From the IMG/VR virus record IMGVR_UViG_3300021425_000029, positions 3,266 to 67,265 of that record: a DNA stretch of 64,000 nucleotides; one strand, written 5' to 3'. This DNA is from a virus. A program made the translations under genes and the position numbers. The notes under the pieces were generated by a model. It ran no database searches, had not been told where the DNA came from, and saw nothing but the letters and a program-made list of their open reading frames with translations. The first letter of the stretch is position 1; every line of letters starts with the position of its first letter. Shown piece after piece: positions 28,161-37,671 of the stretch.

Positions 28161-28577
28161 TTAAGAGATTTTAATTTTACGAGGCTGCTTCTCTTTTGGG
28201 ATTTCCAACTTCAGGGTAACTGCAAGGATACCGTCTTTGAGAGATGCACCAGTTACTAGGACATACTCACTAAGTCTAAACTGCCTTCTAAAGGCCTTGG
28301 TCGAAATACCACGGTGAATTACTTCACGGTCTCTAGACTCATGTTGACCACTAATGGTCAGGGAGCGTTCTTTCTGTTCTATATTCAGTTCTTCTTCTTT
28401 GAATCCCGCAACTGCGACCTCAATTAAAAACTCATCATCCGATAACTTCACGATGTTGTGAGGTGGATAATGATCATTGGCGTGTTTAGTTGCGTATTCT
28501 AGTTCGTTGAACATATGGTCGAAACCAATGAATGCAGAACGTGGGAATAGTTGTTTACCTACTTTTAGATTTGTCAT
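28161..28577 (-). CDS. hsp20: Small heat shock protein (Hsp20/IbpA-like)
   Basis: FIGFD, YPPHNI, AVAGF, HRGIS, A.LKDGIL, KIKI. Confidence 0.95.
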   Translation of the reverse strand: MTNLKVGKQLFPRSAFIGFDHMFNELEYATKHANDHYPPHNIVKLSDDEFLIEVAVAGFKEEELNIEQKERSLTISGQHESRDREVIHRGISTKAFRRQFRLSEYVLVTGASLKDGILAVTLKLEIPKEKQPRKIKIS

Positions 28578-28662
28578 GTCGCTTTATCTCCTATATTAAT
28601 TTAGCAAGATGAATAAGAACCCGAACATACGGCATTCTTACGGTGTCACAATTTCGTGACAC
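28578..28662 (-). promoter_or_regulatory. ROSE-like RNA thermometer in the hsp20 5' UTR
   Basis: Two upstream hairpins, then AUCUU-G-CUA pairing with UAG-GAGAU (SD) with a bulged G in UUGCU. Confidence 0.75.
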
Positions 28663-28686
28663 TACTATATATAAGAATTTATATTT

Positions 28687-29253
28687 CTATATAAAGTCTC
28701 TTGGGTCACAGTCAAGGTCACTCTCAAAACCAAATGAGAATGTAACCCGTGATACTGTGGGTTGCAGTTGATGCCATGTACCCCTTGGGATAAACACGCA
28801 ATCGCCTGGCTGCATAATGACAGTCTCGTCCGCATTCCTTGGTTCTTCGTTATAACCGATAGTGATTTTACACTCACCGATCATCTGAAGTAGGAATACA
28901 TCCATACTGTCTTTATGTCTCGGATACGAACCAGAGTTTTGACCAAATCCACAGAACGCAATGTTCGTGATTTGGGGCGCACCCTTTTCGTATTCAAATT
29001 TCTTTGGAGCGGGTTCTACAAAGAACTCTTCCATCTCCGTAACAATGTCTTTTGCAATCTGCGGTGCAGAGGGTCTTAGATGGAACGAGTTCATACCCAA
29101 TCTTGATTTTTCACGATTCCAGTCATATAATTCTTTTGGATGACTGTTGACCAAAGCCATCGCTTCGTCCCAAGTCCATTGGATGTCCTGTTTAGACCCC
29201 CACCAATGTTTCTTGTTGCGAATATCTTCTATGTGGTCTTTAAAACCAATCAT
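28687..29253 (-). CDS. JmjC/cupin Fe(II)-2OG dioxygenase-like protein
   Basis: HKDSMDVFLLQMIG (HxD), MQPGDCVFIPRGTWHQ. Confidence 0.8.
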   Translation of the reverse strand: MIGFKDHIEDIRNKKHWWGSKQDIQWTWDEAMALVNSHPKELYDWNREKSRLGMNSFHLRPSAPQIAKDIVTEMEEFFVEPAPKKFEYEKGAPQITNIAFCGFGQNSGSYPRHKDSMDVFLLQMIGECKITIGYNEEPRNADETVIMQPGDCVFIPRGTWHQLQPTVSRVTFSFGFESDLDCDPRDFI

Positions 29254-29851
29254 CTAATGTAACCTTTTCAAATTTAGACAATCTATCAGTAATCAGAATT
29301 GTTTTCTTATCTTCACCTGTGGGTTTGACATACTTCTCTTTGATTCCTGCACTGTCATCCCATTTCATAGATACAGACTTTCTATCCTTTGGCAATCCCG
29401 CAGTCTCTCCAATCTTCTTCCAGTTGTCTGCAAGATAGACTGCACCCTTCTTACCGTCTCCGATTGTAGTGAGTATGGCAATCAAGTCATCACCATATCT
29501 ATCATACCAATCTTTCTTTGCACGATTACGAACTGCCTTGAGAACTTGACTTCCCAGATTAGGTATATGTTTAATCATACAGAACCGTTTGTTATCGGCA
29601 ACCATGTTAAACATAGGATCAAATTCTTTTTGAGATTTGTCAAAGTAGTTGAGTATGGATTTGGGTGTTGGTTTAAAACCACTACCAATCCAGAATGTAC
29701 CGACTAACTCGTTTTCATAATAAATTAGATACTTAATGCATCTACCCACAGTCCTTGCACTTGCAACATAACTGTGATATTTGACCACAACATCATCAGC
29801 CAGTTTCTTCTGGTGTTTAGACTCTGCGATTTTTATAGTGAGTTTACTCAT
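29240..29851 (-). CDS. Mom-like/DUF4338 GNAT-fold protein, putative DNA-modifying enzyme
   Basis: KYHSY, LVGTFWIG, NKRFC, PNLGSQVL, GAVYLADNWKKIGET motif order. Confidence 0.65.
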   Translation of the reverse strand: MSKLTIKIAESKHQKKLADDVVVKYHSYVASARTVGRCIKYLIYYENELVGTFWIGSGFKPTPKSILNYFDKSQKEFDPMFNMVADNKRFCMIKHIPNLGSQVLKAVRNRAKKDWYDRYGDDLIAILTTIGDGKKGAVYLADNWKKIGETAGLPKDRKSVSMKWDDSAGIKEKYVKPTGEDKKTILITDRLSKFEKVTLDDWF

Positions 29852-30470
29852 AATTCATAAGTAAATTTGTTAATTCTTCACGACTATATCGCATTTTTAA
29901 TTCGTCTAGCAATTCCTCAGTCGGGAATCCTGGCCCGAGACCAACAGTGCGACCCATCCGATCAAAAACATACTTGTCTCCGTAAAACTTATTGCAGTAG
30001 TTACATTGAGGTATGACATTTTCAGGACTCATATCTTTACGAGGATTCATATGACCTTTCTCTAGAACAACTTTACCGTGTTCGTATCGATGACGCTTAC
30101 CTTCTTTCGCACTACAAGTCGCACATTCGCAATCATAGGCACTCTTCATCTCAGTGAAGTCAGAAGTATTTAGTTCGTTCAATCTTTTCTTGGCATGGAA
30201 TGATGGGTGAGGTTCTTTTGTGGTTACCAATCGGTAGTTGCCCTTTCCATCCTGTTCGACATACCAACCAGATTGTTTACCAAGATGTCGGGCATCCTGT
30301 AGATCAGACCCTTGATAGTTGATTAGTTTGGCAATCTCTCCCTTGGTCAACCAAGTCCCTTCGTACTCGTGTAAGACCATCAGAGTCTTGTACTTGTTGC
30401 TCCCCTCTCGGAAGTTGAACTTGACCCCATGTGGTTTCAGATAGGTTTCCCAATCAGATCGTAAACTCAT
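29844..30470 (-). CDS. HNH endonuclease with N-terminal helical domain
   Basis: CATC...LEKGHMNP...ENVIPQCNYCN; start moved to MSLRSDW after GAGG RBS. Confidence 0.8.
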   Translation of the reverse strand: MSLRSDWETYLKPHGVKFNFREGSNKYKTLMVLHEYEGTWLTKGEIAKLINYQGSDLQDARHLGKQSGWYVEQDGKGNYRLVTTKEPHPSFHAKKRLNELNTSDFTEMKSAYDCECATCSAKEGKRHRYEHGKVVLEKGHMNPRKDMSPENVIPQCNYCNKFYGDKYVFDRMGRTVGLGPGFPTEELLDELKMRYSREELTNLLMNYE

Positions 30471-30480
30471 AATATAAATC

Positions 30481-30528
30481 CTCATTCTCAATACAAGTAT
30501 TATACCACACCAGATCAAGAGTTGTCAA
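30481..30528 (-). promoter_or_regulatory. Early sigma70 promoter with conserved leader (copy C)
   Basis: TTGACA-18-TATAATACTTGTATTGAGAATGAG. Confidence 0.85.
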
Positions 30529-30540
30529 GGAATTATTTCA

Positions 30541-30666
30541 TTAATCGCCTTTGTTTTCAAAGTGATTGTCAATCCAACACTTTCCATAATATAAAATACC
30601 TAACCAAACACTGAACAGTATACCATCAAAGTAGGTCAATTCATTCCAAGCACCAACAAAGTCCAT
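30541..30666 (-). CDS. 41-aa membrane peptide (not in ORF track)
   Basis: MDFVGAWNELTYFDGILFSVWLGILYYGKCWIDNHFENKGD; TAATG coupling with regA. Confidence 0.55.
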   Translation of the reverse strand: MDFVGAWNELTYFDGILFSVWLGILYYGKCWIDNHFENKGD

Positions 30667-31076
30667 TACTTATTACCTATGTTATATTTGGGACACAACT
30701 CCCACTGGTCTTTATCTTTGTAACCGATAATTTTAATCTGTCTGAGAGGAGCGCATTCTTGTGCAACCTCTTTGTTTTGAATCTCAACCAAACCCCAGTC
30801 AGACAATAATGTTGCAATCGTATTTCTACGCTGCACATCACTCTCTTCTAGATTTGCCTTCTTACCGTCCAACATAAACAGTTCTTTAAAATGGACAATA
30901 TAGTATCGTCCTTGTTTATGCAAGATGTGACAGGATTGAAATAGTTTTTGTTCTTTGCGTGATGCGACACCGATACGGGTCAGAGTTTCACGAACTTTGA
31001 GGAAGTCATCAGGTTCGGCTAGAGTGATCTCTAACATACTCACAGGACTCCATGACACTAAATTACTTTCTTCCAC
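30666..31076 (-). CDS. regA: Translational repressor RegA
   Basis: PDDFLKVRETLTRIG, QSCHILHKQG.YYIVHFKELF. Confidence 0.97.
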   Translation of the reverse strand: MEESNLVSWSPVSMLEITLAEPDDFLKVRETLTRIGVASRKEQKLFQSCHILHKQGRYYIVHFKELFMLDGKKANLEESDVQRRNTIATLLSDWGLVEIQNKEVAQECAPLRQIKIIGYKDKDQWELCPKYNIGNK

Positions 31077-31440
31077 CTTTGTTCACCTTTTCTTTTATTT
31101 GTTTAATTTGAGAAGGTGAGAGGAGAGATAGTATTTGTCTTGCTTTCTCATTACTATATCCATAATAAGTTTTCACCGACTCAAGGTCATTTTCTAATTC
31201 AGGTTTTACCCACTTGGAGAAACGCTTTCGTTTCCTAATTATATTTATAAGAAACGAGAATTGTAGACGAGAGTCTAGGTGATGATACTTATTCATCTCA
31301 TTTGCAATGACAACTGTGTCAGAGAAATAAGATAAGGAACGGTTGACCATGAAAGGTGCATATGCCTTTTCATCTTCACGGGTAACCATGATATCTTTCT
31401 TGGAGTAGTTAATCGCATTCACATAATCAAAAGGGTTCAT
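31063..31440 (-). CDS. gp62: Clamp loader small subunit (gp62)
   Basis: PFMVNRSLS, KRFSKW, YYGYSNEKA. Confidence 0.92.
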   Translation of the reverse strand: MNPFDYVNAINYSKKDIMVTREDEKAYAPFMVNRSLSYFSDTVVIANEMNKYHHLDSRLQFSFLINIIRKRKRFSKWVKPELENDLESVKTYYGYSNEKARQILSLLSPSQIKQIKEKVNKGGRK

Positions 31441-31910
31441 CAGGGAAATAGTCTCCGTTTCCAAGGTAGGTTATCAGGGTCTTTGTCATCGGTTGTTTCC
31501 AACACTATACCACACTTTTCTAGGAAAGTCAATCCTTCTTCTGTTTTAAAGTTGTGTCCATACACGACTCTTGTGATTCCTGCTTGGTAGATGAGTTTTG
31601 CACAGTCGAGACATGGGGCACACGTTGCGTAAAGAACTGCACCCTCTGCCGACTCTGTCGATCTCGCAACCTTCGTAATTGCATTCGCTTCCGCATGAAG
31701 TACTTCCTTTTTAGTTACTAGAGTTTGGTCATCGGGCATACCAACGACATCCTCACAGTTATTGTCCCACCCACTTGGCATACCATTGTATCCAATTGAG
31801 ATGATACGATTGTCTTTTACGATCACACAACCAACCTTCATCCTTTTTGCAGATGATAGTTGTGCATAGGTCTCCGCAACCTGTAGATGTGCCTTGTCCC
31901 ACTTATCCAA
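31440..31910 (-). CDS. cd: dCMP deaminase
   Basis: GYNGMPSG, HAEANAI, PCLDCAK. Confidence 0.92.
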   Translation of the reverse strand: MDKWDKAHLQVAETYAQLSSAKRMKVGCVIVKDNRIISIGYNGMPSGWDNNCEDVVGMPDDQTLVTKKEVLHAEANAITKVARSTESAEGAVLYATCAPCLDCAKLIYQAGITRVVYGHNFKTEEGLTFLEKCGIVLETTDDKDPDNLPWKRRLFP

Positions 31911-32103
31911 AATCAAACTCCATCTGCATAGGTTTCCATTCACCCTCAACCATTGTCAGTGACATAGGTTTGTAAACAGGTTCTTCTTTTGATTCTTCGA
32001 TGACGATGACATACTCACCACTACATTTATGAATTCTATTTCCATATTCGTCTGTGGTCAAACAGTCCTCAATCTTATCATTGTGTCTAAGATATTTAAT
32101 CAT
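31903..32103 (-). CDS. Hypothetical protein
   Basis: Start moved to MIKYLRH (ATGA overlap with upstream ORF). Confidence 0.5.
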   Translation of the reverse strand: MIKYLRHNDKIEDCLTTDEYGNRIHKCSGEYVIVIEESKEEPVYKPMSLTMVEGEWKPMQMEFDFG

Positions 32104-32279
32104 AATCCAATCAACCCCCAACCATGATTTGCTATTGCGTTTAAGATAATAAAGAAACAGGTTGCGATATGTACTAACCACCAGAAGGTTCTGATAACTG
32201 CAATCGCATCGGCTTGTTTATCAGTCTCTCCGACTTTCTCTCCAAGCGACTTCGCCCAGATTCTCCACCATCTACCCAT
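32100..32279 (-). CDS. Small membrane protein (not in ORF track)
   Basis: 59 aa MGRWWRIWAKSLGEKVGETDKQADAIAVIRT..., a motif I recall from marine T4-like phages. Confidence 0.7.
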   Translation of the reverse strand: MGRWWRIWAKSLGEKVGETDKQADAIAVIRTFWWLVHIATCFFIILNAIANHGWGLIGL

Positions 32280-32544
32280 TGACTTTCTCTACTGATAACT
32301 GTTGATATTTATAATAATCCTCGGTTGTTCGTTCAAAGGAAGTCCATGCGGCAGACATTCTAACATCCGCAAGTTCTTTGATACCAATCAACAGGTTCAT
32401 GAGTTTATCTTGGTGGTCTGCTTTTAACCCCTCAAAGAATGGGTCATCACCAACATACTTCAAGACATCATCAACATCATCTGAGATATTACTGACCCGC
32501 ATCAGGTCTTCTTCTAATTTCTGGATACTATTCATATTCAACAT
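32272..32544 (-). CDS. Hypothetical protein
   Basis: 90 aa helical protein. Confidence 0.6.
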   Translation of the reverse strand: MLNMNSIQKLEEDLMRVSNISDDVDDVLKYVGDDPFFEGLKADHQDKLMNLLIGIKELADVRMSAAWTSFERTTEDYYKYQQLSVEKVNG

Positions 32545-33466
32545 TTGCCATACACTCCGTCAGACACGCTACTAAGTTTAGTTCATGGTCTGCCACAAAT
32601 GCATTCTTGTATTGATAATCAGCAAGGATTAGAATGAGTTGTGGGATAGACGCTGGTTTTACCTTACCTTCCATTGCATCATAGATACCACGGAAGACTG
32701 CAGCGGGTTCGGTGTCCATATTATTGACCACCCAACTACGCATCTTTTTGAAGTCTTTGTTCTTTAGTGATTGAAATAGAGTACCATAGTTACTGTTGTT
32801 ATCATTAATGAGAACTCCAGTTTCCAATTTACCAGAGATAGAATGACGCTGTGCCTCGTTGAGTACTCGTCTCCAGTCTGGTGCATACTTACCAATCAGT
32901 CCTGCAATGACATCGTTATTATAGGTCACACCCTCTTCATCAAGGATAGTTTGTAGTCGGGTCATGAACTGACCACACAAACTTGCCATGATTTTCTTGG
33001 ATGTGTTGAACTCATACACACTGCAACGAGAGTGTAGGGGTTCGATGACTTTGTTCTTGAAGTTGCAAGTCAGAATGAATCGACAGTTCTGAGAGAACTC
33101 TTCGATGAATCCACGCAATGCGGGTTGGGTTGACTGTGCATTAAGGTAGTCCGCCTCGTCCAATATAACTACCTTGTAGCCGCCTGAGAGAGAGACAGAC
33201 GAGGCGAACTGTTTGATTTTACCACGCAGGGTGTCGATGTTCCCTTCTTCCGAACCATTGATGACAATATAGTCAAGACCCAGTTCGTCACATATCGCAC
33301 GAGCGATTGTAGTTTTACCAGTACCCGCAGTACCAGTGAACATCATGTTAGGGATTTCTCCAGAGTTTACAATCTTTTGGAATGTAGTCTTTGCGTCCTC
33401 ACTAAGAATAGTGTCTTGGACTTTGTGGGGCCTGTACTTCTCGACCCAAAGGAATTCGTTAGACAT
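32528..33466 (-). CDS. gp44: Clamp loader large subunit (gp44)
   Basis: LWVEKYRP, GTAGTGKT, DEAD, PLHSRC. Confidence 0.97.
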   Translation of the reverse strand: MSNEFLWVEKYRPHKVQDTILSEDAKTTFQKIVNSGEIPNMMFTGTAGTGKTTIARAICDELGLDYIVINGSEEGNIDTLRGKIKQFASSVSLSGGYKVVILDEADYLNAQSTQPALRGFIEEFSQNCRFILTCNFKNKVIEPLHSRCSVYEFNTSKKIMASLCGQFMTRLQTILDEEGVTYNNDVIAGLIGKYAPDWRRVLNEAQRHSISGKLETGVLINDNNSNYGTLFQSLKNKDFKKMRSWVVNNMDTEPAAVFRGIYDAMEGKVKPASIPQLILILADYQYKNAFVADHELNLVACLTECMANVEYE

Positions 33467-33606
33467 ATAGTCTCCATAATAAAAAAGTGTATCATATACT
33501 TTACATTGTATATTATATGAAACAAATTGTCAAGTATTTTAGACAAAAATTTGGGGATGGGGAGGAAAGGAAACTCACCCACCCCCACGATACTGAACAG
33601 TACCGC

Positions 33607-33813
33607 TTACTCCTCAACACCTTGTTCAGACTGATACTCTTCACAGAGTTGAATGATCTGAACTGCTTGGTCTCTCAATTGACCAATGGTGGAGAGTTCT
33701 TCCCCTTTGAATCCACCTCGTTGTACAACCGTGTCGATTACCGCAACAGTTGAACGAGAAACTCGGTTACCCAGTTCGTAGATTGTGCTGTGGTCTTTTA
33801 CTGCTTTTGCCAT
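33607..33813 (-). CDS. Hypothetical protein
   Basis: IDTVVQRGGFKGEELSTIG motif; GGAG RBS. Confidence 0.65.
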   Translation of the reverse strand: MAKAVKDHSTIYELGNRVSRSTVAVIDTVVQRGGFKGEELSTIGQLRDQAVQIIQLCEEYQSEQGVEE

Positions 33814-33817
33814 TTTG

Positions 33818-34495
33818 TTATGCTCCGTATGTCGATGATTTTTCAAGTGCAATATAATATTCGATAGATGATTGTTGAGATTTGAACTGAGAAATCAACT
33901 TACTAGAGATATTCACAGAGAAGTCCTCATTAACCACTTTCAAGTTTCCTACATTAAGAATAAAGTTGAAGTCCACACCTTCTGGATATTCACCTTCTAC
34001 ATCGATAGAGAATGCATTACTTGTCGCATCCTTACTGTCAATAACAGATAGACGAACTGCGCCAGTGGTTGGAGAGATAGAAATCTCATCGTGACCAAGA
34101 GCTGCAGCGGCACGTTTCACTTTACCTAGTGTATCAGTATCTAGGACGAAATTAACTTCCGCATCTGGCATATTGATATCCTTGCCTGGCGATGTCAACA
34201 TCTCAGGGTCAGAGAAGAAGTACTTCACTGAGGAACGACCAGTAGAGTCACCCACCACAACATAGTCCTTCTCGAACTTGAGTCGGGGAGAGTCAACCAA
34301 TGACAGTACATTCAGAAACTCTGTCAGGTCATAGATGCCAAATGAGGCGGGGAACTCTTCGGGGAGTTCTGCCTTGGATAAAACATTCCTTGCAACAGAA
34401 ATGGTTTTAACAGTGCTACCTTCAGTGATAACAATGTTGGGGTTAATTGTTGAATAGTTCTTGAGAACATTCAGTGTAGTATCGGATAATTCCAT
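33818..34495 (-). CDS. gp45: Sliding clamp (gp45)
   Basis: LKNYSTINPNI, FGIYDLTEFL, YYIALE. Confidence 0.95.
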   Translation of the reverse strand: MELSDTTLNVLKNYSTINPNIVITEGSTVKTISVARNVLSKAELPEEFPASFGIYDLTEFLNVLSLVDSPRLKFEKDYVVVGDSTGRSSVKYFFSDPEMLTSPGKDINMPDAEVNFVLDTDTLGKVKRAAAALGHDEISISPTTGAVRLSVIDSKDATSNAFSIDVEGEYPEGVDFNFILNVGNLKVVNEDFSVNISSKLISQFKSQQSSIEYYIALEKSSTYGA

Positions 34496-34556
34496 AATGT
34501 ATTCCTCTCGGTTTTCTAATTTATAAAGGGTATGATAACACAAGTTTCACTTAAAG

Positions 34557-36272
34557 TCAAGACTTTATTTTACTAAAGTTCTTTTCTTTTACGAACTCAA
34601 TCTTACGATGGAAATGAGCATCTTCGAGTTCACTCTTGTGAGAGATTACAAACACATTTGTATCCTCACCTAGCGTAGAGATAATCTTCATGAGGTTCTC
34701 AATACCCTCTTCATCCAGAGATGAGTCGAATGTCTCGTCAAGGATTAGTAGATTAGTCGCCACACTGTTCTTCATCTTTGCAATCTGTCTCCAAGTAAAT
34801 AGTAGGGACAAGTCAATTCGTTGTTTCTCACCCTCAGAGAATGAGTCATACGAAAAGTTGTCACGATGTCTGGATCGGATAGTCTCTTGGAAACTCTCAT
34901 CCAGATCAAAGTGTACAAAGAAGTCTAGAATCTGTAGGTACTTGTTGGTCAACTGATTGATGACAGGCAAGTACTGTTTAATGATCTTGGTCTTGATACC
35001 AGTGTCTTTCAGTAACTCTGCATACACTTGGTTATAAGAATGTTGTTCTGCAAGTTTGTACTTGGTCTCTTGCAACTGTTCCTTTTCCTCACGCAGTTTC
35101 TCTAGTGCAGAGTTTGCCTCCGACAGATCACCACTCTCATTATCAATACGAGAAATCTCATCATTCAGTTTGTCGATGTTCGTATTGATTCGCATGATCT
35201 CTTGGTTGTTTGCATCAACCTTAGACTGCCAGTTGCGAATGTGATCCTGTTGTTTGTGAAGTCCTTCGATGACCTCATTCAAAGTATCAGACTGAACCTT
35301 ATGCATATCCAATGCGTTTGCGATAGTACCCGCCTTGGTCTTACACTTACTCAGATGATACTCTTTCAACTTACGATCAATCTCTTGATCACAGGTAGGA
35401 CACTTGTCATTCTCCTCAAAGAACTTTGCCTGTTTGACAACATCCTTCTGTTGGGCACGAAACCCAGCGGCAAAGTCATTTAGTTCTTGGAGTTTTTTCT
35501 GATTAGAAACAATCTCAGTAGTGACCAACTTGGACTCTGCGACATCTATACTGACTTGAGCATTCGCCTCATTGAGTTCACGGATGTCACCCTGTAGGGT
35601 CTTTATGTTCGCCAGTTTCTCGTTCTTCTGGTATGCAGTGATCTCACTCAGATCACGCAGATACTTCTTCTGTGCATTGATCTTTGTATCAACCAGATTA
35701 ATGTAATGTTCGTTTGACCGTAACTGGTCTTTGTGTAAACTCATCTTTTCTTTGAGAATACCATTCATCTTGGAGAACATATTGATGTCGAGTAGGTCTT
35801 CGATAACCTCTCGTCTAGACCCACCAGCCAACTGCATGAATGGCACAAAGGATGACGAACCCAGTACCACAATCTGGTGAAACGATTTGTGGTTCAACTT
35901 GATGATGTTCTTTTCCAACATCTGTTGGTATTCTTTTGCATGGGAGTCTTGGTTTATCATGCTACCGTTGACCCATATCTCAAACTTGTTAGGTTTGATA
36001 CCACGCACAACCTTGTACTCTTGTTTACCAATGGAGAACTCAACCTCTACCAATGTACCTTTACCATTGATAGTGTTCACCAATTGACCCTTGGATATCT
36101 TCCGATGGGGTTTACCAAACAGACCAAACGACAGTGCATCGAGCATAGTAGACTTACCCGCACCGTTATGACCCACCACCAAAGTAGTCGGAGTCTCGTC
36201 AAAATTGATTTCTGTCAGGTTGTTACCTGTCGAAAGAAAGTTTTTGAATCTAAGTTTTTGGAAATTTATCAT
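34557..36272 (-). CDS. gp46: Recombination endonuclease subunit, Rad50/SbcC-like (gp46)
   Basis: GHNGAGKS, CPTC zinc hook, FSEGEK, ILDETFD. Confidence 0.97.
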   Translation of the reverse strand: MINFQKLRFKNFLSTGNNLTEINFDETPTTLVVGHNGAGKSTMLDALSFGLFGKPHRKISKGQLVNTINGKGTLVEVEFSIGKQEYKVVRGIKPNKFEIWVNGSMINQDSHAKEYQQMLEKNIIKLNHKSFHQIVVLGSSSFVPFMQLAGGSRREVIEDLLDINMFSKMNGILKEKMSLHKDQLRSNEHYINLVDTKINAQKKYLRDLSEITAYQKNEKLANIKTLQGDIRELNEANAQVSIDVAESKLVTTEIVSNQKKLQELNDFAAGFRAQQKDVVKQAKFFEENDKCPTCDQEIDRKLKEYHLSKCKTKAGTIANALDMHKVQSDTLNEVIEGLHKQQDHIRNWQSKVDANNQEIMRINTNIDKLNDEISRIDNESGDLSEANSALEKLREEKEQLQETKYKLAEQHSYNQVYAELLKDTGIKTKIIKQYLPVINQLTNKYLQILDFFVHFDLDESFQETIRSRHRDNFSYDSFSEGEKQRIDLSLLFTWRQIAKMKNSVATNLLILDETFDSSLDEEGIENLMKIISTLGEDTNVFVISHKSELEDAHFHRKIEFVKEKNFSKIKS

Positions 36273-36309
36273 TGGGGTATAATACCACTCTCATCATATA
36301 ATGTCAAGT

Positions 36310-36627
36310 TTATTTTTCGGTCATCCCGCACCAATTACACTCTTCATCCTTGCCGATCATCATGGTACTTGCCTCTGCTGTACAGTAGTGTTCCCACATC
36401 TCAAACTTCTTCCTAAGTTGTTCGATACTCTTCTTGGTAGGAATACCATGAAACGCCATCAACTCTTCCTCACCATCTTCATTACGATCACGATTGCCGT
36501 CACCATTGAGTTCGGTCAAGTCCTGTTGTTTATGTTTCTGATTCTTCTTACCAAAGATTGCATCCCAATTATCTTCGTACTGTTTCCTGTCGGGAATCGG
36601 TCTTGGTTTATCTCCCTTACCGCTCAT
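36310..36627 (-). CDS. Hypothetical protein
   Basis: GKGDKPRP...NWDAIF motif; C-terminal HYC...CNWCG. Confidence 0.6.
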   Translation of the reverse strand: MSGKGDKPRPIPDRKQYEDNWDAIFGKKNQKHKQQDLTELNGDGNRDRNEDGEEELMAFHGIPTKKSIEQLRKKFEMWEHYCTAEASTMMIGKDEECNWCGMTEK

Positions 36628-37000
36628 ATACATTCCTATATTCAAGTTCTGTTATCATCGCTTCTTTGAACTGATAGGCAATGGTTTTGACATTGTCCAA
36701 CACAGCTCTAATGTGGTCAGTTTCCATATCACACAGTCGAATGTATCTCAATTCTTGTTTACCATCCTTACCTCGACTACCCCACTCAACACCTTCTCGA
36801 ATCATATCAAAAGGATCATCGTCCCAAACACAGCGGTCTATCTCATCACCATTGGCAGAATGTCTTTGATATGCAAGACCACCATCAACCATATATTCCT
36901 TACCATTGGCATCAGTGTGCGTGACACAATCGTGCCGACTGCGAGAATGTAGTATTGTGCCATCGGGTGTTTCTATAGCATTCTTAATTAATTTGGCCAT
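36617..37000 (-). CDS. Hypothetical protein
   Basis: SRSRHD, MVDGG, WGSRGKDG motifs. Confidence 0.7.
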   Translation of the reverse strand: MAKLIKNAIETPDGTILHSRSRHDCVTHTDANGKEYMVDGGLAYQRHSANGDEIDRCVWDDDPFDMIREGVEWGSRGKDGKQELRYIRLCDMETDHIRAVLDNVKTIAYQFKEAMITELEYRNVYER

Positions 37001-37671
37001 TTGGTTATCCTCTGATAAGTATTATTAAGATTGTCATGCACAAGTATCGCCACACCGTTCTCAACAGGGACAAACCAGTCTTCGTCAAGAATCACAGATT
37101 TGTAACTCCAACCTACTGGCAAATCGATTTTTTCTCCCAAAGTCGATAAATCGGATTCCTTCAAATCCTTGTTAACTGTCAGAGACATAGACTGCATTAC
37201 ATACCCAAATCCATTAGAATCAGATAACAAATACACCTCATTCCCTTCTTTAAAAACCCATATGTTTTCTCTTGGCACCTCCATGTTAACATATGGTATT
37301 GGCGCATAAGCAAACTGTAAAGTTGTCATTTTCTTAAATTTTAGGTCACCGATATATTGCGGTTCTACTTTCGGAAACTCCATTCCCACCGAAGAGTTCA
37401 TGACAAAATACCTTGGCCCATTTTCGGTGATTTCGTCTGCACCACTAGATTCGTACAATTTGTCGATATCAATTTGTTCCCACTGATCTTGTGGACATTC
37501 ATGTAAACCTTGAGAACCCCAAACCTCAGTCTTGTCTTCAAAACGGATTAAAAGTTCACAATATCTGTATCCTCGCAAATCTACAAAGTGTTTAATAACA
37601 AATCTGCGTAGGTCATCTACACTACACCCAACCAATACAAGACTTAAAAAAACAACCAATATCTTATTCAT
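36988..37671 (-). CDS. Lipoprotein of unknown function
   Basis: Lipobox LVGC; RYCE, GLHECP, NGPRY, YVMQS, LPVGW motifs. Confidence 0.65.
   Translation of the reverse strand: MNKILVVFLSLVLVGCSVDDLRRFVIKHFVDLRGYRYCELLIRFEDKTEVWGSQGLHECPQDQWEQIDIDKLYESSGADEITENGPRYFVMNSSVGMEFPKVEPQYIGDLKFKKMTTLQFAYAPIPYVNMEVPRENIWVFKEGNEVYLLSDSNGFGYVMQSMSLTVNKDLKESDLSTLGEKIDLPVGWSYKSVILDEDWFVPVENGVAILVHDNLNNTYQRITKWPN

Noticed and set aside
28643-28662. CRP site near hsp20 that would link to the phage cyclase
   Set aside because: Half-sites are in the wrong orientation (TCAC-N6-GTGA); better explained as a hairpin of the ROSE leader
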